Source: Candidatus Iainarchaeum sp. (GTDB lineage: Archaea; Iainarchaeota; Iainarchaeia; Iainarchaeales; JAXPJC01). From it: a stretch of DNA of 64,000 nt. Where the stretch lies: the NCBI GenBank assembly GCA_016187745.1, contig JACPJC010000006.1, forward strand, positions 64,001 to 128,000, read 5' to 3'. Shown here one piece after another: positions 53,739 to 61,800 of the stretch. Every line of letters begins with the position of its first letter. The stretch's first letter is position 1. A model generated the notes under the pieces. It did no database searches. It was not told where the DNA came from and saw nothing but the letters and a program-made list of their open reading frames with translations. Both the position numbers and the translations under genes were made by a program.

Positions 53739-55934
53739 TTAAAATTCTTTTAGTGCCTTCTGCTCCATTGATGTTTCTTTTTCATCCCTGTGTTTTTTGA
53801 ATTCTTCCGGGATCTGCGCTTCCTGGCCCAGCTGCTCCTTTACTTTTGCCGCAACCGCGCTCCCGAGGATGCGCGCAATGCTCTCAAATGGCGCGCCCTT
53901 CAAATCCCCAATTCCCTTTATGTTGTTTGAGAACAATCTGCGCGCCCTTACTCTCCCAATATGGCGCACTTCGCACAACGCAATCAGCTCTTCCTTAATT
54001 CCGGCTTCCATGCGCTTTCTTAGTTTCTGCAGATTTGGGAAATGCTGCTCAGTTTGCAATAATTTTGCGAGCTCCAATGCGCTGTAGAGCAGCCAGTCCG
54101 CAATGCGCAGCTTTGAGTGCAGTATCCCTGGTTGAATGTTGTAGGATTTCGTAAGGCTCTGCTCGGAAATTTCATCAATCCAGTCCTGCAGGAGAAGGGA
54201 AGTGGAGAATTTTTTTAGGATATCAGGGTCCTGGTATTGTTCCTTATCAAAATCCACTGGCAAATGTGCTTTTTGCTCTTCTGCAAGCTCGTATAATTCA
54301 GCCTGCTTTTCCTTCTGTGCGGAAATCAGCGGAGCGAACTCGGAAGTGTTTGCAAGCGCGTAAAGATAGAACAATTCTCCGTATTTTTTCCTTTGCTGCT
54401 GCAGCGCAAGAATGATTTTATATGCGGAGATTGGGTCCAAGTACAGTTCGCTTACGCGCCTTCCCAGTTTTGTTGGTTTTATGCTTTTTGCATCGCTTTC
54501 AACGAATCCAATTTCCTGCAGCTCTGAAATTATTTCCTGGATTTTTACGAACAGTTCTGAAAGGTTTTTGTACTGGTGCGCATAAAAGGTTCTTGAGAAG
54601 AATTTTTCCATTGAATCAAGGTCAAAAATGAAATTGTCTGAAATTGCTGAGAGGACATGCATTCTCAGAAGGGGCGCAATGCCCAGTTTTGAAGTAATAT
54701 CCTCAATTTTGCCATTAACATAATTTTCAAACAGCTCATCAACCTCATCCTCGCTCCGCGCAATAAGTATGGATTCCCCGGAAGTGTCGAATTTCGGCCT
54801 TCCGGCGCGGCCCGACATTTGCTTGTAATCCCTTACGGGAATGCGCTGCTGGCCGTAGGTTTCTTCATAGCGGTAAAGGCTTGGAATAATTACGCGGAAT
54901 GCAGGCATGTTGATTCCTGCGGAAAGTGTTGGCGTGGCAGAAATAATCTTCACACAATTTGCTTTAAACAACTCCTCAATAATCTCGCGCTGTTTCTGCA
55001 ATAATCCCGCGTGGTGGAATGCAATTCCCTTCTCAATAAGCGAGGCAAGAAGATTGCACTGCTCAGTGGGCATTTCAAGCACATTAAGCGCTTCGTTTGC
55101 CTTTCTCCTCAAATGGGCTTTTTCCCTTTCAATCAGCATCTTCTCGGTAAGCGGGGCAAGGCTTTTTGCAATTGATTCCGCGCGCTTGCGCGTGTTTGCG
55201 AAAATAAGCGCCTGCTTGTTTTTCAGCTCAAGCGTATTTTTCACAATTGAATGCAGCGGCTCCTTGTAGCTGTCAATTGTTTCCTTCTGCTTTTTCTTTT
55301 CGTCAAAAATAATTTCCTCATTGAAGTAAATGCCCTCGCGCAGCTTAACAGGCCGGAAATCGCTTTCTACAAGCTTTGCATTGAGCCATTTGGAAATTTC
55401 CTTTGCATTTGGGATTGTGGCGGAAAGCGCAAGCAATTGCAGTTTCGGATTCAGGGAAAGCATTTTTGTTATCAGCACTTCCAATGTTGCGCCCCTGTTG
55501 GAATCAAGCTCGTGGATTTCATCAATCATCAGCAGGCCGACAGCGGAGAGCCATTCAGCCCTGTGGCGGATTAATGAATCCAATTTTTCGTAAGTTGTGA
55601 AAATCAAATCATAATCCTGAAGGTATGAGGCGCTTGAATCAAGGTCGCCCGTAGAAATAGTAATGCGAATGCCCTGCTCTTTTGCATACTTGCGCCTGAA
55701 GTCATTGTAGTGTTCGGAGGCAAGCGCACGCAAAGGGCAGGTGTAAATGACCTTGCGCCTGCTGTTCATTATTGAGTGCAGGGCGCAGAGTTCCGCAATT
55801 ATTGTTTTTCCGCTTGCGGTTGGCGAGGAAATTATCAAATTGCCTTCAAATGGGTTTGCCTTCAGCGCGGCAAGCTGCATGGGATTGAATTCCGGAAAGG
55901 AATTTGCTTGCAGAACTGCTTGAGAAATGTCCAT
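53739..55934 (-). CDS. hel308: Ski2-like ATP-dependent DNA helicase Hel308
   Basis: SPTASGKT, PLRALASE, DEIH, LSATIPN, AFHHAGL, QMSGRAGRP, HhH IGRVRARRL. Confidence 0.93.
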   Translation of the reverse strand: MDISQAVLQANSFPEFNPMQLAALKANPFEGNLIISSPTASGKTIIAELCALHSIMNSRRKVIYTCPLRALASEHYNDFRRKYAKEQGIRITISTGDLDSSASYLQDYDLIFTTYEKLDSLIRHRAEWLSAVGLLMIDEIHELDSNRGATLEVLITKMLSLNPKLQLLALSATIPNAKEISKWLNAKLVESDFRPVKLREGIYFNEEIIFDEKKKQKETIDSYKEPLHSIVKNTLELKNKQALIFANTRKRAESIAKSLAPLTEKMLIEREKAHLRRKANEALNVLEMPTEQCNLLASLIEKGIAFHHAGLLQKQREIIEELFKANCVKIISATPTLSAGINMPAFRVIIPSLYRYEETYGQQRIPVRDYKQMSGRAGRPKFDTSGESILIARSEDEVDELFENYVNGKIEDITSKLGIAPLLRMHVLSAISDNFIFDLDSMEKFFSRTFYAHQYKNLSELFVKIQEIISELQEIGFVESDAKSIKPTKLGRRVSELYLDPISAYKIILALQQQRKKYGELFYLYALANTSEFAPLISAQKEKQAELYELAEEQKAHLPVDFDKEQYQDPDILKKFSTSLLLQDWIDEISEQSLTKSYNIQPGILHSKLRIADWLLYSALELAKLLQTEQHFPNLQKLRKRMEAGIKEELIALCEVRHIGRVRARRLFSNNIKGIGDLKGAPFESIARILGSAVAAKVKEQLGQEAQIPEEFKKHRDEKETSMEQKALKEF

Positions 55935-56000
55935 TAAAGACTTTGGCTGAAGAGCCTTTTAAATGATTTCGGGGGCGGATTGCCGCTGAAATTACGGGTT

Positions 56001-56657
56001 TTACCTTATGCTCAGGCCCTGGAGGGTTTTGAACATTCTTATGTCCGCGTCAATTTCTGAGAGCTTTTCCTTCAGGCTGCCTAATTTCTTCTTTGAAACC
56101 TCAATCCTGAAATTCTGCAAATCATCGGAGTATTTTGCGAGCTTCCTGTGCTTTTTGTAAACTACCGAGTGCTGCACTGTTTCCGTAAGCTGCTTGCGGT
56201 AATCAATGTTATTCACAAACATATTCACCATGGGCTTCCAGCGCTTGTCGCTTACAAGGTGCGCAGGGAGCTTTACCGCTTCCGCATCGTTCTTGTAGTC
56301 CTTGCTTGTTGCTGCCTTCAGAAGATGCTTCCAGTAAAGCGGCTCTGAAAGCTTTTTGAAGTGCTGTGTAATTTCATAGGATTTTGCTGAATTCTGCTTT
56401 TTCTTCCAGGAGCCGTGCTGCTTCTGCAGGCTTGATCTCATTTCCTCGAGCTCCTTTATCTGGGAATTTATCCTGCTCCTGCTTGGATATGATAATTTAG
56501 GCCAGTCGTTTTCCCTTTTTTCCGCGATTGAAATTACCCCTCCTTTGGAGAAATAGCGCCTGAAGGCTTCAGCAATCCCGCCCTTGCCGTGCCTTTTCAC
56601 CATTTCCGGGAAATTGCTCTCAAAGCTTTCAAATGATGAAATTATCTCATTGGCCAT
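56001..56657 (-). CDS. hypothetical basic coiled-coil protein
   Basis: 218-aa ORF with a GGGGTTGAG SD-like sequence; helical K/E-rich composition. Confidence 0.7.
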   Translation of the reverse strand: MANEIISSFESFESNFPEMVKRHGKGGIAEAFRRYFSKGGVISIAEKRENDWPKLSYPSRSRINSQIKELEEMRSSLQKQHGSWKKKQNSAKSYEITQHFKKLSEPLYWKHLLKAATSKDYKNDAEAVKLPAHLVSDKRWKPMVNMFVNNIDYRKQLTETVQHSVVYKKHRKLAKYSDDLQNFRIEVSKKKLGSLKEKLSEIDADIRMFKTLQGLSIR

Positions 56658-56686
56658 CTCAACCCCGAATCCTATAAATTAGATTA

Positions 56687-56810
56687 TGTTGGAGGGAGTT
56701 TATAAGATTTTTGAAGGAGAGGAAGGTATCGGAAACCTAAGGTTTCTGATTAAGGGAGGTATCGGAACCGCAGGTTCTGATTGTTGGAGGGAGTTTATAA
56801 GATTTTTGAA
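56687..56810 (+). repeat. 29-bp direct repeat (56687-56715, 56782-56810) containing a TATA box and enclosing two family A hairpins
   Basis: TGTTGGAGGGAGTTTATAAGATTTTTGAA occurs twice exactly; inner hairpins at 56719-56750 and 56754-56781. Confidence 0.9.
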
Positions 56811-56817
56811 TTTATAT

Positions 56818-57519
56818 ATGAGCGGAATGTGCGCGATAAAGGCAATCATATTTGACATGACCGACACAATCCTTGAGTTTGATTTTCGGAGGATGCGGGA
56901 GGAATTCGGGAAAATAATAAAGGGGCATGAGTGCACTAGGCATCTGGCAATTGGGCAGTTCATGGACGCCTATAAAGAGGCATATGACTCATACCAGAGG
57001 GGGGAAATTCAGAACGATAATGCTTTCTGGGAAAAGATGTTTGGACTGCTTAAAGTTAATCCGAAAAAAGGGGAATTCAGGGGCATAATGAGAAGGCATC
57101 TGGCTTCGAGAAGAAAATTCGTAAAATTGCACAGGCACGCGGGGCATATTTTCGGAAGGCTGAAGAAAAAATACAGGCTTGCAATCCTATCGAATGCAGT
57201 GAGGAATTGGGCGGATTATGACTGGAAGTTCCTGAAATTCAATCCGAAAAAATATTTTGATGTGCAGCTCTACTCTCAGGACACACGCCTGCTTAAGCCG
57301 GAGAGAAAGGCTTTTGAACTTGCTCTGCGCAAATTAAATGTAAGCGCAAAGGAGGCGCTTATGGTCGGGGACAACGAAAGCCAGGATATTCTGGGAGGCA
57401 ATAGCGCGGGACTTGTTACAGTGTTTCTTGCAAACAAGTACAGGCTTTCCGGGGCGGTAAAGCCGAGGTTTGTGGTCAATTCATTGGAAGAAATTGAAAA
57501 AATTGCGGGGGAAATGTAA
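56818..57519 (+). CDS. HAD-superfamily hydrolase
   Basis: IKAIIFDMTDT, LAILSN, LKPE, LMVGDNESQDILGG; ATG 56818 lies about 24 bp after a TATA box. Confidence 0.9.
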   Translation: MSGMCAIKAIIFDMTDTILEFDFRRMREEFGKIIKGHECTRHLAIGQFMDAYKEAYDSYQRGEIQNDNAFWEKMFGLLKVNPKKGEFRGIMRRHLASRRKFVKLHRHAGHIFGRLKKKYRLAILSNAVRNWADYDWKFLKFNPKKYFDVQLYSQDTRLLKPERKAFELALRKLNVSAKEALMVGDNESQDILGGNSAGLVTVFLANKYRLSGAVKPRFVVNSLEEIEKIAGEM

Positions 57520-57893
57520 TGGGCGCGAGGAAATATGTAATTCCAGAACAAATAACTGGCGCTGCACGCAAAAACATAGCTGTCGGCTTGAAGTATGCCA
57601 GGCCGGGGGATTACATTGATAGGCTGGCAATGGCAAAACTGCAGCAGCTTGCAAGGGGCGAGCTTGCAGGAAGGGTTATTGAAAGGCTTGAATCTTATAA
57701 AAAGGAGAATTTAAGCCCAATCAAAAAGCTTGCTGTGCTATTGCGGGTTTTGAAAAAGCTTAAGCGGAAACCGACAGGAATCCAGCAGAAAATGGCGGAT
57801 GGGATTATTGATGAATTTATGATGGACGCATTGCAGAATGCTGAATTGTCAAATGAGGAATTAAGCAGGCTTCTGAGCCAGTGGAGAAGATGA
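57519..57893 (+). CDS. hypothetical basic helical protein
   Basis: 124-aa ORF with a TAATG overlap with the HAD gene. Confidence 0.6.
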   Translation: MGARKYVIPEQITGAARKNIAVGLKYARPGDYIDRLAMAKLQQLARGELAGRVIERLESYKKENLSPIKKLAVLLRVLKKLKRKPTGIQQKMADGIIDEFMMDALQNAELSNEELSRLLSQWRR

Positions 57894-57894
57894 G

Positions 57895-58443
57895 ATGAAA
57901 GATAATTTTTTGTTGGGGATAATCGGGCCGAGCGATAGCGGGAAAAACGCACAAATTCTTGGACACTCTTTGGAGGGAAGCGCTGCGCAGATTAGGGAAA
58001 TAGCGCGCTCCGCTGCTGAAATTGGAATTAAAAGAATTGCAATAGTCCCGCATAAGGGGAGCGCAAGCGAAATGTTTGCAAAGGAATTCGGAAAAAGGGA
58101 AAAGGTAATTGGCGTTGTGCCGCTGCGGGACAGGGAGTTCGGGATTTCATATCTGAATAAGGGGGTTTGCGATGAGATTGTGGATTGCGGAACATGGAGA
58201 AATTCCGCAATTAAAATGAATGAAATATGCGATGCGTTCCTGTGCCTTGGGTTTACCTGCGGCGCGCTGAATGAGGTTGCATTCTCAAAATGGTTCAACA
58301 AAAGCAAAAAGCGCAAGAAGAAAATCCTGGTTTGCGCGTGGCGCATTTCTTCAAAGCTCCCGAAGGAGATTGAAAAGGACGTGGATTTGGTTTATGCGGG
58401 GAGCCTTGCGCAATTGAGGCAAAGGTTAAAAGGACTTGTGTGA
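57895..58443 (+). CDS. SLOG/LOG-like Rossmann-fold nucleotide-binding protein
   Basis: LGIIGPS, KGSASEMFA, KVIGVVP, MNEICDAFLCLGFTCGALNEVAF. Confidence 0.65.
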   Translation: MKDNFLLGIIGPSDSGKNAQILGHSLEGSAAQIREIARSAAEIGIKRIAIVPHKGSASEMFAKEFGKREKVIGVVPLRDREFGISYLNKGVCDEIVDCGTWRNSAIKMNEICDAFLCLGFTCGALNEVAFSKWFNKSKKRKKKILVCAWRISSKLPKEIEKDVDLVYAGSLAQLRQRLKGLV

Positions 58444-58462
58444 ATTAATTTGGTGTGGAAAC

Positions 58463-58807
58463 ATGATTCCGGGAATTCCAGCAGGGATAAATCCAAAGCA
58501 AGTGGAAATGCTCATGCGCCAGTTCGGCATAAAGACCGAGCAGATAAATGCGAAAAGGGTAATTTTTGAGCTTGAGGATAAAAGGCTTGTCATTGAGAAT
58601 CCGCAGGTCAATTCAATCATCGCGCAGGGGCAGAAGATGTACCAAGTTGTAGGGGAAGCGAAGGAAGAGGGAAAAGAGGGGATAAATGAGGGAGATTTGA
58701 ATCTGGTTATGGAGCAGAGCGGCGCAGCAAAGGCAAAGGCGGAAAAGGCGCTGAAGGAAGCAAACGGCAACATCGCTGAAGCGATAGTTAAATTGAAGAA
58801 GCCATAA
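58463..58807 (+). CDS. nac: nascent polypeptide-associated complex protein (aNAC)
   Basis: INPKQVEMLMRQFGI, LVIENPQV, GQKMYQVVG, UBA-like DLNLVMEQSG...ANGNIAEAI. Confidence 0.95.
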   Translation: MIPGIPAGINPKQVEMLMRQFGIKTEQINAKRVIFELEDKRLVIENPQVNSIIAQGQKMYQVVGEAKEEGKEGINEGDLNLVMEQSGAAKAKAEKALKEANGNIAEAIVKLKKP

Positions 58808-58849
58808 ACAACCTGAATTTTAATATACTACTTGTTCTATAATAGAACT

Positions 58850-61800
58850 ATGCCCAGGACTGAAAAAGGACAGGCCGCGCTTGAGTATCTGATGACCTAT
58901 TCCTGGGCGCTTGTTGCAATTGCAATAGTCATTGGAGTGCTTATTTTCATGGGAATTTTGAAGGCGCCTTCTGCTGGAACTTGCACAGGGCTTGAGAAGC
59001 TTGCATATGAGGACCATACCATAGATTCCAACGGGAATTTCATTCTCTACTTAAAAAACGGGGCAGGAATGCAGATTGCCATCAACAGCATATCGCCGGG
59101 TGAAGATTTCAGCGGAAATTGCAGCGCAAGTTCCGCAATAATAAATGCAACAAAGGATTTCAATATTGTGTGTATCAATACAGGAATAAGCGCAGGCCAA
59201 ACTTATAATGGAAAAATAACAATTGAGTATATGCGCAGGAATGCAAAGCATACCGAAAGCGCGGCATGCTCAGGAACAGCGCCCTTGAGCGGGATATTTT
59301 TGGTTGCCCCTGCCCCGCAAATCATTGAGGGCTTTTTCAACGGTTCAGGGAACAATGTTGACCTGAACAACCCTGACGAGATGACGCTTGGGGGCGGAGG
59401 GGGTAGTTATGCATTTTTTGGCAGTTATACTTCGGATGTTTTTGATGCAAACTCAACAATGGACTGGACCGCAAGCATCTCATGGGATGAGAACGCTCCG
59501 GCAGGAACTGACATTAATTTACAAACAAGAACTTCTGACAATAATGTTGCATTTAGCGCATGGAGCGGCTATTACACAAATCCTTCAGGAGAAGCAATTA
59601 CCTCCCCTAATGGGCGCTTCATACAATATAAAGCGAATTTGAGCACTACAAACCCGGCGCTTACGCCGAGATTATTGGAAGTGAGAATGCATGGGAACCC
59701 TCTTGCGCAGAGCTGCGGCAATCTGAAAAGGGAGGGAAGCGAACAATGCGATACAAATGACCTGGCAGGATCAAATTGTGTTTTATTGGGCTATTCTTCA
59801 GGCGCCCTTGCGTGCAAGGCAGACTGCACATTTGATACGAATGGATGCGTTGGCGCAACTACTACAATGCTTTGCCCTGGCAGCAAAACCTGGACTTCCC
59901 AATCAGATTGGCAGTCCGGGGCGCTTGCAAATATTGATGCTACTTCAAGCCCTGGCAGCATAAAGCTTTCGCAGCCATCAACCTCAGGAACATGGAACAT
60001 TGTTGTTGATTCAAATGCCGCGCCAACAGACTGGAATGCGATAAGCTGGAGCGAGGACTTGAATTATGGGGGAGAGCTTGCAGGAGATGCTAACACAAAA
60101 TTGCTTTTGCATTTGAATGAGGTCTCGGGTTTAACTGCTGCAGATGCAAGCGGGAATGGGAACAATGGAACACTAACAAACGGAGCAACATGGACTTCTT
60201 CAGGGAAGTTTGGGAATGCATTGGGCTTTGATGGAATAAATGACTACATTGATGTTTCCAATGAGTCTCTTTTTGATTTTGAAAGAACTTCTCCATTTAC
60301 ACTAAGTGCATGGGTTAAGTGGGCTTCAGGCACTACACAAACCTTATTATCCAAACAAACAAGTGCTGGCAACGCACCAGGATGGTTATTGATTGTTAAT
60401 GCAAATGGAACTCTGGCAATGTGGCTCGTAAATGATGCAGGTGCGGGTTGGAATCTAATACATGTCGATTCGGTGAGTTCTATAGGGCTGGGGACATGGA
60501 ATCATGTAGTAATGACTTATGATGGTTCGAGTACTGCGGCCGGAGTAAAGTTGTTTATAAATGGCAATCAAAGCGGGACAACAATAGTAACAAATACGCT
60601 TTCAGCTTCTATTCTCAACAATGTTGATGTGTGGATAGGAAATAGGCAATTTGCTGACATACCATTCAATGGTACAATTGATGAAGCTGCTATATGGAAT
60701 AGAGCACTGGGTGCAGGTGAAATCCTTGAGCACTACAAGCGCGGCGCGCTGAATCTTCGATTTAGGACAAGAAGCGCACCAACGCAAGGCACCTTGAGTT
60801 CTGCTTCATGGGGTGGCTATTACACAGAATCCCCTTCAGCAATAGCTTCGCCGAACAACAAGTGGATTGAGGTTCAAGCATTGCTTGAAAATTCAGATGC
60901 AAACTATACAAATTACACGCCAGTGCTGAATGATGTAAGCATCAGTTGTGCTGGCGCTCAAGGCAATCAGGCTCCTTTTGCAGGGCTTGGCGCTTCAGCA
61001 TATTCGGCAAATGCTGGAAGCTATATTGCTTTTTATGGGAATACCTCCTATGACCCTGACGGGAATATTGTGAATTATGCGTGGAATTTCGGGGACGGGA
61101 ATGCAGTTGCAAGCCCGGCAAACTATCCGCTGGGCGCAAAGACATTATTGCGTTTTGATGAGGGAATTGATTCGGCAGCAGGTGATGCGAGCGGAAACAA
61201 CAATGGTGGAACAATAAGCGGGGCTGCTTGGACCTCTTCAGGAAAGTTCGGGAATGCGCTCGCTTTTGACGGGGTTGATGATTATGTTAATTTGCCGCAA
61301 AAAATTACAGATGCCGAAGGAACCATATCGGCATGGATTAAAACCGGCGGCGATGTTAGCAGCGCGCAAAGGATATATTCCCAATCCACAGGGGGCGCAA
61401 GCAGCAACAGGGTAGCAGTTACGATTTTGTCTGGGGCTTTCCGTTTTGACGCAGGATTTGCGCCAGGAGGAGTTCAGTTGGATATTGGCAATGTCCAGCC
61501 AAATACCTGGTATCATATAGTGTGGACAAGTGATGGCTCCACGATTAAAGGATATGTAAATGGGGCAAACCAGGCTTTAACTGTTACGGGGGGGAGCAAC
61601 AGCGGCCAATGGTTCAGCGGCATAACCTCAAATTATGCCAGGATCGGCAATATGCGCTATGATGATATCTCAGGAAACATCCAATATTTCAACGGCACAA
61701 TCGATGAAGTTGCAATTTATAATCGCGCATTGGGCGCAGGCGAAATACTTGCCTTATACCAGGGCGGCCCTGCAGTAGTGTATCATAAGTACAATCTCGC

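Noticed and set aside
56687-56810. Mini CRISPR array (29-bp repeats with a GTT near the start, ending TTGAA; solo Cas4 in the window)
   Set aside because: Only two repeats, the 66-bp spacer is itself made of repeated hairpins, the repeat contains a TATA box, and no cas operon is adjacent.
56686-56817. N-terminal extension of the HAD ORF (MLEGVYKIF...)
   Set aside because: It is translated repeat and promoter DNA; HAD motif I begins just after ATG 56818/56827.
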